Below are positions 10,765-23,522 of a DNA stretch of 64,000 nucleotides, in pieces. How positions within the stretch are numbered: the first letter of the stretch is position 1; each line of letters opens with the position of its first letter. The notes under the pieces were generated by a model that made no database searches, was not told the origin of the DNA, and worked only from the letters and a program-made list of their open reading frames with translations. Location of the stretch: the NCBI GenBank assembly GCA_951406725.2, contig OX597818.1, positions 10,726,001-10,790,000 on the forward strand. Reading direction: 5' to 3'. The translations under genes were made by a program, and so were the position numbers. This DNA is from Octopus vulgaris. Lineage: Eukaryota.

Positions 10765-10902
10765 CTATTTCTACAGCTGAGTTAACTGAAGCAATGTGAA
10801 GTAAAGTGTCTCGTTCAAGAACACAACATGCAGCCTGGTCCGGGATTTGAACTCATAACCTCACGGTCGTAAGATCAACGCTCTGAGCAATGCGCCTTCA
10901 CA
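10765..10902 (-). mobile_element. Family C tRNA-SINE head fragment
   Basis: Reverse complement of the head/core at 45810-45955 (B box GAGTTCAAATCCCGGACC; TGTGTTCTTGAACGAGACAC). Confidence 0.75.
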
Positions 10903-10942
10903 GGAAACATATTATACATATATCAAACAACATCACCACCAT

Positions 10943-11170
10943 TTAAATCTTTTAGCATTCAGATTAATCTGTCAAATTTAATGCTTATTTATTCCTCTTG
11001 TTTCAAATTAATCCTGCAATATCTCATAATTCTGAGATTTCAATGATGTGATTGTTTATTTCAGAATAGCATTGTAGGATAGGTATGAAAGGACAGATCT
11101 GGCCTGTTTAAACATGAAACAGCTTGAATAATTAGGCTTGATATGGCCAGTTTAAAAACTAAAGGTTTAA
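10943..11170. mobile_element. piggyBac-type MITE (family P1)
   Basis: TTAA-bounded and colinear with 2119-2355. Confidence 0.75.
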
Positions 11171-11189
11171 TGTCAGTTGTGTCGTGTCT

Positions 11190-11440
11190 ACACAGATGAA
11201 TGGGCTTTCTCCAATTCTCTGCATCTCTATCCATCAAGATACTTTGTCAAGTTCAGCTTCTTGGGACTAGTCTTCACTACTATGACTCATCTTCCACAGT
11301 TGCCATTTTCTTTGAGCACTCAGCATCTGTAAATAACTGACATTCTCCATGTATATTACATTCCATACTAGTGTGGTCCTCTTTATTGCAAACTACGTCT
11401 GATTCCTGAGTTTTTATTTCAACTCCATCATTCATATACG
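11190..11440 (-). mobile_element. Old RTE LINE C-terminal remnant
   Basis: Broken minus-strand translation (GIRRSLQ*RGPH*YG...VVKTSPKKLNLTK...DRD) parallels IRSCVQERRLCWYG...VVKHDLRTLGLTK..DRD of the LINE at 8330-8540. Confidence 0.45.
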
Positions 11441-11545
11441 TCAAGTGAGGAAATTTCATTTTATTATTTGCAAGCCTTCAGAAATCTTATATATATATAT
11501 ATGCATGTGTATATATATATATATGTGTGTGTGTGTATCTGTAAA

Positions 11546-11577
<32 letters not shown>

Positions 11578-12325
11578 CATGCATGTGTATGTGTGTGTGC
11601 ACATATATGCATATATATGTGTACATGTATACATACATATCTATCTAACTATATATATATATATATATGCTAAAGGATATACTACATTGTGTGTGTATAT
11701 ATATACCTGTGAATTGGTTTCTATTCTCCTGTTTATTGTACCAGGTGTGTGTGTGTGTGTGTGTGAATTCATTTGTATTTGTTGTAATGGTTATTTTTGG
11801 TTGATGGTGACAAGTTTGATGTTAGTTTTTATATCTATGTCATTTGAAATTTCAAAAGCTGAACCCAACAGCATTAATATCCTGTTTTATAAATACTTGA
11901 GGATATTACATATGGAAAATATCTTGGTACAAAGACCTGGAATAAATAGATAACAAGTAGAGAGTGAAACATAAAAACCATAAAATAAAACCCAGATGAT
12001 TTTTTAAAAAAATTTCTTGTGAATGGATGTATGTTTGTGTGGTATGTATGCATGTGTTTTGTGTAAATATTACATGAAATTGAGGAGGAGGAGGAGGGGG
12101 AAGCATTTATAGATCATACATAGTTCTCTTTTAACTTATTTTATAAAGTTATTTTGAAGTTCCATCATGGTCAAATTCACAACTGTGTATACACACACAC
12201 ACACACATATATCTGTACATATACATGCATGTGTACACACATATATAAGTACCTATATATGTATACACATATATAGATAGCTAGCGAGATAGACAGACAG
12301 ACAGATAAATAGGTAGATAGATAGC

Positions 12326-12387
<62 letters not shown>

Positions 12388-13358
12388 TAAGACTGCCTGT
12401 ATAGTATATGCATATAGGATGAATGAAGCAAAGGAGACATAAATTCTGTAAGCTTCTTCATCAAAGGAAACCTGTCTAGTTGAATAGTTACTCTGAATAA
12501 AAACACTGATACAGGGATGATAGTACCTTTTAGTCTACTGCAGACATCCTCTCTCATGCCACTGGCATGATAAGATGCACCCATTTCACACTGTAAAGTG
12601 CTGGTGGTGGAGAAGGCATTCAACCATAAAAGACCATGCCAAAAATATACAACATATACTACAAAGATAAGATTGACCAGTCTCTTCTGTTATTGTGTAC
12701 ATTTGATGGTGAAGGAGAGTGACAAATGATGAGACACATCCAACTCAAACTAGCATTGGAAAAAGAGTTACTCTTCATAAAAATTAAGCTCTCACCACTT
12801 GTTGAATTAATTCAATACATACATATATTATACGTGCGTATGCAGACATACACACACAATGCACACACTGTTGGCTCATGTATCTGTGTATAACAAATGC
12901 ATGAGAATGAGCAAAATTGATGTGTTCATATTCAATAGTTAAGCGCAGCCAATTTGTGGCAGTGTTCCAGCATGATTAGAACCACAATGTTTGTTTTCTC
13001 CTTTTATTTAATTTTTTTTTTTTGCTTTTAATGAATTAAAGATATCACAGAATCATATGCATATGTGTGTTTGTCTACATACATGTGTGTGTAGGGGTGT
13101 ATGTATTTGTAAAGAATATATACACATCATATCATTTGGTTACGCATGGTGTGTGTCTTGGCTGCTAAAAATCTGCAAATATTTTTCATCTCTTGATTTG
13201 AAAAACGATACCATTTCTTCTGAGAGCTGAGATTATCTTCACCTAAAGCTTAAAATTCCTAAACTGAAGGTAGGTTGATCAGGTAACGAAGGATTAGGCA
13301 CATACACACACCAGTACAACCATCACTCATCTCTCTCTCTCTCTTTCTCTCTCTCTCT

Positions 13359-13411
<53 letters not shown>

Positions 13412-14147
13412 TCCTTCTTTATTTTCCATTACCAACCTCTAATGCACTCCAGTCTTTCTCATCTCTCTCTCTATTTCTCTTTCTTAACCTGATAGGGGGA
13501 TTACAATGGAAGTTTTATTTGTAGCAATTCCAGTACTATTAAACCGAAGAACTTGGCAGTAGCCTCAAGTAGATGGAAATGGTGTTGTAGAGGTACAGGT
13601 TGATGTTGTCAGCTAGTAGCCAAGCATCGACTTTATATAATGCCAGCAGATTAAGTGGCTAGATGCCATCTTATAACTGCCACTAAACTGAATTTTACTA
13701 AATATGGCATACAGCCAAGAATTGGCATGAATTTTTCTATTATTATAAGGCATAATAAGTTTATTCATCTGTATGTTTCTTTTTTCTGAAATGCATTTGC
13801 TTTCACAAATAATCATATCTTCCTTGCATTCTTTATTTTCATTGTTTTTTGTTTATTTTTGTCATTGTTTGCTTTTATTTTTCTAATGACTTTTTTTCTT
13901 TCAATTTGATTCTTTGCTCTAACTCTTCCCTCACTTACCTCCTCCTCCTCCTCCTCTAACTCTCCCATAATGATTAATACATGAGTTTTAAGGTCTTTTG
14001 GTGTTGCTTATATCAATGTCTGGAATGAGATAACAGTGTTTATTAATCTAATAATTTAAGCCCTAACTCTGTATATCACTGGCATGTTACCCTCCCCCAC
14101 CATTTTTCTTTAAATAAGTCTGTAGGAAGATAGAAGAACAGCAAATA

Positions 14148-14713
14148 TTGGGTTGTGCAGAAAGTTTGTGCCGATTTTTAAAGGAACGAAAAAGGTCAAT
14201 AAATACTTGCCATTACATTTTTAATCAACCAAATATGAACCATTTTGTTGTACAATGTGTCTCCATCTTTCCTTCAACTTGAAAATACCCTCTTCCAAGA
14301 ATTGAGGTGGTTTCATGGCAAAGAATTCATCAAGGTATCTTTTTACGTCATCCAAGGAATTGAAATTTTTACCATTAAGACCATTCTGCAGAGACTTGAA
14401 TAAGTGGAAATCCGAAGGAGTAATATCTAGTGAATATGGAGGGTGGGGTAACACATCCTAACTGAGCAGCAGCAATTTTTGTCTGGTTCCCAAAGCATCA
14501 AGTGCCAAAAATGAACTTTCTTATCTTCCATTTTAAAGGGTTACAGAATTAACACAGGTTATAGGAACATAAACCTTCTTCTACGAAAAGATAGCTTAAA
14601 CTGTGCTCTAAATGGAGGTGTAGTCAAATCCTGTTTTATGGACTCAACCATGTTCTAAAATAAGTCAAAAGGTAAGATACTATAAATCGACACGAACTTT
14701 CCGGACAGCCCAA
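14148..14713 (-). mobile_element. Internally deleted mariner transposon
   Basis: TIRs TTGGGTTGTGCAGAAAGTTTGTGCCGATTT / AAATCGACACGAACTTTCCGGACAGCCCAA with TA on both sides. N-terminus MEDKKVHF is fused to a C-terminus with PHPPYSLDITPSDFHLF (YSPDL motif). Confidence 0.92.
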
Positions 14714-14802
14714 TATATTAATTGCAGAACTATCTAGACTGCTGTATTAATATCATTGATGTTCTACTTGAAATTCTACATGTTTTTTTGTTGTTGTAGT
14801 CA

Positions 14803-14992
14803 TTGTGTAGTCCCTGATCAACACTGAATGAACAGATGTATAATCAATTGCATTCCATTCATGACCAGCCAGTGCCTTTATAACTCAGGGATTACATGTC
14901 CTTCTTTTCTTTAAAATTGTAGGATGTCATTTCAAGGAGATCTGGTCATCATTTCTAACATGCCAAGTGACCACATGAGGTCTCTTTTATTG
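14803..14992 (-). mobile_element. Old dispersed repeat family F (representative copy; more than 20 fragments in window)
   Basis: Recurrent motifs (CAGACCTATGATCAAAGGCATTCCAGCCATGACC; TGTGATTTGAGGGAGATTTGGCTGCTATTTCTAGCAGG) seen in degenerate form here and at e.g. 26345, 27915, 46878, 47060, 48095, 52070, 52790 and 59390. Strand is inferred from an (AAC)n-like end. Confidence 0.6.
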
Positions 14993-15233
14993 TGATATGT
15001 TCAATATTTTGTTATTAATGAGGTTTGTAATGATGTTATTGTTATTTATCCTAAGATCAGACCTACCTGAGCAAACAAGTTGAGTGACCATGCAATGAAA
15101 CCCTTGTTGGTTCATAACATGGACCATTGTTGGAAGAAATGAAAGTGTCTCCCTACATGCTTAATCGACATTTGAAATCTCAAAACTGTTTAGAGTTCCT
15201 ACAAGTTCGAACTGCTAGAGGAGGATGAGGAGG

Positions 15234-15560
15234 AGACCCCCTTCGGTCATGAATGACCATAGGATTGCGCCTAGAAAGTTACCCTCCGAGGCACAAGTCC
15301 GGGCAAGATTGTTTGTGGAAGGCCAGCAGTTGTCCATGCATACCAGCCTCCCCTCTCCACACCGCTGATGTTATCCAAGGGAAAGGCAAAGGCTGATACA
15401 GTTTGGCACCAGTGATGTCGCAACTCATTTCTACAGCTAAGTTAACTGGAGCAAAGTGAAATAAAGTGTCTTGCTCAAGAACACAACACACAGCCCGGTC
15501 CAGGAATTGAACTCACAATCTCATGGTCATAAGCTCGATGCTCTAACCACTGAGCCATGC
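15234..15560 (-). mobile_element. Family C tRNA-SINE (tail type 1)
   Basis: Near full-length reverse complement of 45810-46143. Confidence 0.9.
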
Positions 15561-15879
15561 TAGAAATACCAACCAAAATATCCCATCAAACCAGACCTTA
15601 CCATCTAAAAAAATTTTAAGATATGCTGTTTGAAAATTTGATAGGATAATGATTGCTGCAATGCTTTGCTTAGAGCTGACCTGGGGCTAAACTATAGTTA
15701 CAACATTTGTGGTCTTAAGTGAAGCAGGGTTATATATATTACACCCTAACAAAAGATAACATGCTGCTTGAAACAATGAATTTACTAGAGTTCTAAAACC
15801 ATATTGCATGTCAAGAAATGAATTTTAGACTTTGAGTGGATGCTAAAAAGATCTTGGCTTTAAACGTATTGCAAAAGGC

Positions 15880-16039
15880 CTAGTTAGAGGCCCGAATTTT
15901 TTTTTAGGGCTTAGAAAAACTGAAGGATCACTGCAATAAGTGTGTAAATCTGAGAGGACAATATGTTGAATAAAATCATAACTGATCCTCCAGTATTTTC
16001 TTTTGACCAAAGCCAGTAACTTTTCAGTGCCCCCTCGTT
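15880..16039 (+). mobile_element. Mariner 3' remnant
   Basis: GLEKLKDHCNKCVNLRGQYVE* C-terminus followed by a TIR-like AACTTTTCAGTGCCCCCTCG. Confidence 0.7.
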
Positions 16040-16484
16040 ATATTGTACTCTATATTTTTTATTCCCTAACTTGTTTTAAGACAGTCACATGATGAAAATG
16101 AAGTTAAGTTGGAAGAGAAATTCTTCTTGCCATGCTCTTGAAAAACAAAGGCACAATTTCCCAAACTTCTAGTTACATATATTTATTCTTTATTTGTTTA
16201 TTTAGCCCAAATATCCATTCTGTTTTATATTCAAGCCAGCCAAATCTGACTTCTCACACATAACCTACAATGTTGTTCTAAAATGAAACAATCACATCAT
16301 TGAATTCTCAAAGCTATGGAATAGTATATGGTTAATTAAAAACAAGACTCCTGGCAGTTTGCTGTGCTTGAAAAGACAGGACAAGCTAAGTAAAAGCATG
16401 ACTGTCCTTGCATACAGGCTTGTCCCCTGTAACCCTCTCCAGTTGAGCATCCCTAATCTTGTGGGCTTGTAGTTGCTGGTGTCA

Positions 16485-16680
16485 CATAAACGCACCCATG
16501 CCAATGCTGTGTAAAACCATTCAGTACTCTGTAAAATGGTTGGTGTTAGGAAGGACATCCAGCCATAGAACTATGCCAAAACATACATGGAGCCTGGATG
16601 ATTCTTCAGCTGACCAGCTCCTGTCAAACCCTCCAACCCATGCCAGCATGGAAAACAGACGTTAAATGACAATGATGATG
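16485..16680 (+). mobile_element. Family E element (Ceph-domain-like core plus RTE 3' tail)
   Basis: GGTTGGTGTTAGGAAGGACATCCAGCCATAGAA...CCAACCCATGCCAGCATGGAAAACAGACGTTAAATGA. The tail is shared with the LINE 3' end (9066-9117). Other copies near 12550, 18125, 20940, 33700 (-), 40650, 57000 and 63030. Confidence 0.75.
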
Positions 16681-17342
16681 TTAAAGCATTACCTTTAACA
16701 GAATAATCTGAATGTAAAAGAGTTAATGTCTATACATCTATGCGAGAATGGATTTGAATCAGGAGTTATCTAAAGGAGTATTTTATGGCTGGATGCACTT
16801 CTTGTTGCCAACCCTTACCTGTTTTCAAAAGGGATTTTTTTTTATTGCAGAGCTCTTTGTTGGTGCAATGCGACAAGTCATAATGACAGTAAAGAATGTC
16901 AACATGACAATTGCTTCTTCACTCAGCTAGTGTCAAGCATGAAACATCAACATTCATGCATATTCTTGCATGCACACACACACACACACACAAATGTATA
17001 CAACAAGGTTTTTGCAGTTTCTGACTACAAAACTCTACATGTATGTGTGTGTACACACAAGTACACACACACGTGTGTGTATATTTCTGTGTATACATCC
17101 ACACACATGCACAAAGGCACCCCTTAGGTGTGCTCTGATGATTTTAACATTATATTTCCATATATCTAATTACTTATGATCTATCTATGCTGCGAATATC
17201 AGAACTTCTATTCTTTTAAATGATATAGGCTTAAACAGAACAATTTTAATTACCATGTCACAATTATTGTTACTGTTAATAATGCCACATAAAAATGAAT
17301 GTGACTAAATTTAAGAACATTTTGAGGTAAAAAAAATTATTA

Positions 17343-18100
17343 CCATAAATCCTCAAGTATAATCCAAATTTTTGTTCCCCAAATTTAAAGGTCAATATCC
17401 CTAGTGCATACTATATACAAGGTTGAAAATGAAAAATATTTTCTAAGCAATGTCTGAGTCTCTATTTGCTGTCCGGCAATGTTTATTCAGACGCATTTTG
17501 TGATGTCAGGCGCAAAAATACCTTAAGCTAAGCCTGAAAGCAATGAAGTCCTAAAAGAATCATCCATAACTTGCAGTAAGCAACATTTATTAAAACAAAA
17601 GTATTCAGAACACAGAATAACATGAAACAAAAAAAATTTCCAAACATATTTACATTCCCATATAACAGTTAAGAACATCACCATTACTGTACTACGCCAA
17701 CATTGCCTTATTGGCACATGAAAAAACATTTGAGCGAGGTCATTGCTAGTACCACCTGACTGGCCCTGTACTGGTGGCACGTAAAAGCACCCACTACACT
17801 CTCGGAGTGGTTGGTGTTAGGAAGGGCATCCAGCTGTAGAAACTCTGCTAGATCAAGATTGGAGCCTGGTGCAGCCATCTGGTTCGCCAGTCCTCAGTCA
17901 AATCGTCCAACCCATGCTAGTATGGAAAATGGACATTAAACGAAGTTTCTTCGACTAGGTACTGCTGGCTTAATTATGCATGACTCATGTTAGAGAAGGG
18001 ATGCATATTATACACAAGGTTTAGATTTTTCAGAGGTACAACCCCCTAAAAATCCCTTGCGTATTATACTCAAGGGCGGACTATACTCGAGGATTTACGG
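17343..18100. mobile_element. Tc1/mariner-superfamily (Tc2/pogo-like) non-autonomous element containing a family E insertion (~17670-17942)
   Basis: TIRs TA-CCATAAATCCTCAAGTATAATCC / GGACTATACTCGAGGATTTACGG-TA, and subterminal repeats GCATAyTATAyACAAGGTT. Confidence 0.8.
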
Positions 18101-19944
18101 TATTTGATATCATATGTGCTGATGTAAAAGGCTGGAGCCAGGTGCAGCTCTCTGGTTTAAGAATTCTGGTCAAACCATCTAACCTATGCCAGCTGGAAAA
18201 CAGACACTAAATATTGATGATGATGGTGATGACAATGACGATGACGATGTCAATGACAATGATCTATCTAAGTAAGAGAAGCTATTAATAACTATCTGAT
18301 TATATCATCCTAAGACCTCTTGTATTGATTACTAGTGAATATTGTATAACTGATTTAGCCGAAATGACTTTTTAAGCCATTACCGCTTAAATTGGATGCC
18401 CAGTAAATGCTATTCATTACGCTCTGAACATTTTCAATGAAACTCTTGGTTATTCTAACTATCCTTGATCAAAGCTACTGAAAAACTATTGAAAGACTAG
18501 ACTGATACATTCATATCTTGTTGGTGAATAACATGAAAATGAACAGTTATTTTGAACGATGCTCAACAGAAGTAACAGATTAGTCTCATTGCCATCAAAC
18601 ATTGTCTGAAGTATTTTAAGTTCATTGGACTTGTTACATGCAAACAGAAAAAAAAAGAAGCTAATTTCACTGGAAAACTTATATGCTTATATTCGGTTTA
18701 CCTATGACAGCCAAAATTTAGTTGGAAATTAATTTTTCTGGTTCTGGTGGCATCATATTGAAGACTTTCAGTTAGAGCGCTTAGAGTGCTTGTGTCTGAC
18801 ATGTAATCATAACAGTGGCAATATCACAGTTTTGTCTGTATATCCAGTGAACGAGTCAGTCTCCCATCCTATGCATAAAATCTCAGATATCATGTATGAT
18901 ACAGCCTATGTTCTGTTATTTGCACTGAACAAGGAATTTTCAGCATACTATCAAAATGTAGAAGTAGCAGTAGTAGCATAGCAGTAGTAGTAGTGGCGGC
19001 AGTGGTGATGGTAGTAGTGGCAGCGGCGGTGGTGATGGTAGTAGATGTAGTTGTATGCATCCATGTGTATCTATATGAATCCATACGCATTTATATGCAT
19101 GCAACAAATCTATATATTGGCCACATGATGTCTATGGTGGTAGTGGCGCCGACAGCTGTGGTTCTTGTTGTTGTTAAGGTAATTATAATGATGATAATGC
19201 AGCGCACATCAAGATATCATATGATGTTCACATTGTTGGAGTAAGACCACTTCCCCCAACCCCAACAAGAGCTAGACTACAGATGAGATGAGCACCTATG
19301 TTAGCAGCCTCTCTTCTCTATGAAAGAAGATGCTTTGCAATCTATTTGATAGTACCAGTCTCTAGTCTCAATTATATAATAAAACTTGCAACAATTCAGA
19401 AATTAAATGCCACAGCCCACCCATTAAGAAGCACACTTTGCCATTTTTATATTTGTTTGGCTTATAATGTTTTTTTTTATTTCCCCACTCTCTCACTGCT
19501 CTCCCTCTCTCTCCCTCCTTACTCCCTCTCTCCTTTTTGTTTACTTGAAAGTAATTATTTTCTTTATTTATTTATTGTATCAGTTATTTTAGTTATGTTG
19601 ATGTAATTATTATGAGGGCAGAGAACACAGCTGGGAGAGGCCACTTGCCCTTGGCAGCAAGTGTAATTTGAGATGTCTAGTATTCCCTGATAAACCTCAG
19701 GTGGCTGTCCCCTTACTGGGATGTTTCATTTCATTTCCTTCCTTCTATTATAATGCTGTATTCCAGCTGTTTTCTCATATGTGATTCTTTGTAAACACTT
19801 GGTTTTTTTTTTTTTTTGCTTTTTTTTTTGGTAATTTGTCCTTGCTACTAATGCTGTTATAGACATCCTTATTGTACAATGAATCTTAGAAGCCATTAAT
19901 GATAATAACGATGAGGAAGATGATGATGATGATGATAATGATAA

Positions 19945-20570
19945 CCATTATTTCAAATTTTGGCACAAGACCAACAATTTGGAAGGAGGGGATAAGCCAA
20001 TCCAATTACATCAATCTCAGTGCTTAACTGGTACTTATTTTATTGACCCCAAAAGGATGAAAGGCAAAGCTGACCTTAGCAAAATTTGAACTCAGAACAT
20101 AAAGACAAACAAAATTGCCTGGCCTGCTGATGATTTTGCTGGCTCACTGCCTCATAACAACAATAATAATAATCCTTTCAACTGAAGGTACAAGGCCTCA
20201 AATTTGTGGGGTGGGGATTTGTCAATTATATCGACCCCAGTGTTTCATTGGTACTTAATTTATTGACCCCAAAAGGATGAAAGGCAAAGTCAACCTCAGC
20301 AGAATTTGAACTCAGAACGTAGTGACAGGAGAAATACCACTAAGCATTTCACCCAGTGTGCTAACGATTCTGCGAGGTCATCACCTTAATAATAATGATA
20401 ATAATAATAATAATGATAATAATGATAATAATGATGGCTTCAGATTTGGGCACAAGGCCAGTAATTTCAGGAAGGGGGATAAGTTGATGACATTAACCCC
20501 AGTGCTTAACTGGTATTTATTTTATTGACCCCAAAAAGATGAAGGGCAAAGTCAACCTCAGTGGAATTTC
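19945..20570 (-). mobile_element. Three head-to-tail family A SINEs joined by (AAT)n-like linkers
   Basis: TATTGACCCCAAAARGATGAARGGCAAAG at ~20041, ~20261 and ~20523. Confidence 0.85.
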
Positions 20571-21159
20571 TCTACCCAAGATCCCAAGTTCAGTTATACT
20601 TTGCTGGAGATGGGTTGGTATGTATCATGTTGCTCCGATGATAATAAGTATGAAACTGAAAGTGTATCTTGGGTACTGGATTTGCAAAATCATTATCAAT
20701 GGTCCATAGATGTCCACTTTCTCTTGTATTTTTCTAACCACATTTGTGTCCAGAGAGCAGTTGATATCCACAAAAGAACATTTTTTTTTTTATTTGTAGT
20801 CCCACACAACGCTATCTGGCCAGTTGTGTTTTAACTTGGTAGTTGTTGTAATTTTTAAGTTCCATCAATACTCTCTTGACCCATCAGCCTCAATATAGTC
20901 AACATTATAGGTATTTTCTTTTTATGTATGACCATTGGTGTCTGCGCAGCCCCCTGGTTGGCCAGCTCCTGTCAAACCATTCAAGCTATACCAGTATAGA
21001 AAACAGATATTAAACAATGATGATGTCTGTCTGTATGTAGGTATGTATGTGTGTAGATGCGCAGGTATGTACACACATTATTACACATTATCTTTATCGA
21101 TCTATACTCCCTTTCATTTTGACTAGTTTCATTCACCATTTGATAATTATAAGCCTTAA

Positions 21160-21330
21160 TTAAACTATAAACCTTAATTAAAAACTATAAACCTTAATTA
21201 TATCTTTTGTTTAACTTACCCGCACACTTTAAGCTGCCTCTGATAAAACTTTGAAATCACTGTCAATAAATTATTATGAATACTAGACTCTACATGTGCA
21301 TTAAGTCCTTTAATTAAGGTTTATAGTTTT
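21160..21330. repeat. Short inverted-repeat element with reiterated left arm
   Basis: AAACTATAAACCTTAATTA occurs twice (plus a degenerate third) at 21145-21200; its reverse complement TTAATTAAGGTTTATAGTTTT is at 21309-21330. Confidence 0.7.
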
Positions 21331-21350
21331 TATGTATTTAAAAACAGTTA

Positions 21351-21391
<41 letters not shown>

Positions 21392-21504
21392 GAATGTGTG
21401 TATGTGTGTTACCAGATTTAGACATTCGTGTCAAATTCAGTACACTTGCTTATTTGCTGCACCCAATACAACCTTTATGTGTGTGTGTGTGTGTGTGTGT
21501 TCTC

Positions 21505-22040
21505 AGTGAAGATTTGTATTTCCCTAGAACTTCTCTTGTTGAAACTGCAGACTACAAAGATCTTCATGTTTCATCCTGCATCCTATTCGTACATGTAAAA
21601 TAAAATCTTGCACTGCCATATTTCTGTAAAAATGGTAATCTCATCTGAACAACTCAGCATGTGTGAGTGATGGTGAGGGAGAGACTTCAAAAGAAGTTCT
21701 TTTGCAAAAGACCATCAGCTGAATATATTAAAAGCTTTATTTTTTTTTCTAACAGTTTTTCTAATCTAGCATTATGTGGGATGGTTTGTAACAAATCTGG
21801 ATTCCTGCAAATTTGCATAATTTTGAAGCAATTGTTTTCGCAGCTGGATGGGTGATCTTCCTACCAGTAATCAGTCAACTGTAAATAATGGAGAGAACCT
21901 GTTATTCAATCAGGCTGACTGTTGCAAACATAATTATGAGATTTGGCCAGGAGTACAACATATCTGTACTCAGATTGGATTTCAAAACCATGTGGTCAGC
22001 CATCCAATACTTTAACTTAATAATTACTGGTTTATTTTGA
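21505..22040 (-). mobile_element. Dispersed repeat, possibly a decayed PIF/Harbinger (ISL2EU-like) transposase
   Basis: 21505-21730 is clearly homologous to 41380-41615. Broken minus-strand peptides MVLKSNLSTDML..ATVS, KLLIYSADG and LHVRIGCRMKH weakly echo the HTH, K.LIGITP.G and IHVERAIGRMK motifs. Confidence 0.4.
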
Positions 22041-22231
22041 CTACTGAGGAGTCTAGTTTTTAACAGTTGACAATTCCAACTAATCATTAAGCAGATTTAG
22101 AGTTTAGGAATTTTATTACGGTGTATTTGTGTATATTTTGTGTAGGTGTTTGTATGTGTATTTATGGAGAAATGATTTATTCGCAGTCATGAAGTTGGGA
22201 TTTAATCCAACTCTACAGCACCTTACATAAG

Positions 22232-22488
22232 ATAGGTAAAGTAAAGTTACCTTATCGAATCATGCTGACTCATAAGGGCCAGTTTCCCAGCTCCCATGGC
22301 TTATAAATTCCCCACCTGAATGGGACCCCAGTCCGTCGCACGATTACTCATTTTTGCTAGCTGAATGGACAGGAACAAAGTAAAATGAAGAGTTTTGCTC
22401 AATAACACAACACATCGCCCAGTCCAGGAATTGAAACCACAATCTTATGATCATAAGTCCAACACCCTAACCACTAAGTCATGCACCT
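22232..22488 (-). mobile_element. Family C-type SINE with tail type 4
   Basis: tRNA head (TTAGTGGTTAGGGTG...GGTTTCAATTCC) and family C core, then GGGAGCTGGGAAACTGGCCCTTATGAGTCAGCATGATTCGA. The same tail occurs alone at 24326-24385 (+). Confidence 0.8.
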
Positions 22489-23522
22489 TACAAAACTGTA
22501 ATATACAATAGTCTATGCACTCTATGCACCTTACAAAACTGTAATATACAATAGTCTTGAATTGACCCAAGCATTGTGAGATGAAAGTAAGTAAATGCAA
22601 GCTTGTTATATTTCTGTTGATCCTAAAACTAGAATGTCTATCAGGAAAACCAGAAGAGGATCCATTTACTTCACTTATGGAGAATTGAATGACTCCCATA
22701 ATGTTAGTTGTTGTCACTTTGCAGGTAATGAAGACATCAATGGCTTGGTATTCTCAAACATCTTCCCAGCACCAAATACCTTTATTCCTTTACTCTCTTA
22801 CTGTTTTCAGTCGTTGAACTGGGGCCATCTTGAGGAACTACTCCCAAAGCTTTTAATCAATTATATTGACTTCAGAAATTTGTTTGGTTCTTATTTTATC
22901 GATTTCTAGATATTAAGAGAGTTTCTATCCTTCACTGACGTATATAATACCCATTTACACTAGTTGACACAAATACACACACACTCTCACACATACAAAC
23001 ACACACACATACATACTTACACACATACACATATACACACAATCACTCGCATTCATCCATACAGACACATGCATGTTTGTGTATATGTGCGCATACATGT
23101 TCTACATGGTTTCTGTCAACAAAATTTATTTTACAATCCAAGACATTGATTGAACAGACTTCCCAAAGAACCCATAACTAAGTGATTGCAAAGTGAATCT
23201 TCTTGCCTGTTCCCATAGCCATGCCTATACATACTTTGTATAACCTAGAAAAAAAAGCATTTTCATGGGTTCTATGAGAATCAATGATATTTGATCACAG
23301 TTTGTGTGACCTTACAAACAAGACGTGACAGGAATGAGAGTCCTGCAATGTAGTTGTATGCAACTTGCACAGGGATTAAAAACTGAATATTATAAACAAA
23401 AACAATGCTTGTAATATTGAAAGTGATTTGTTATATATGCTTAGAGCATATTCAAACTTGTAGAAAGCCATTCACTGCATTTTGTTAAGGAGAAAATTTC
23501 TTGCCATAGAAAAATGGTGTAA

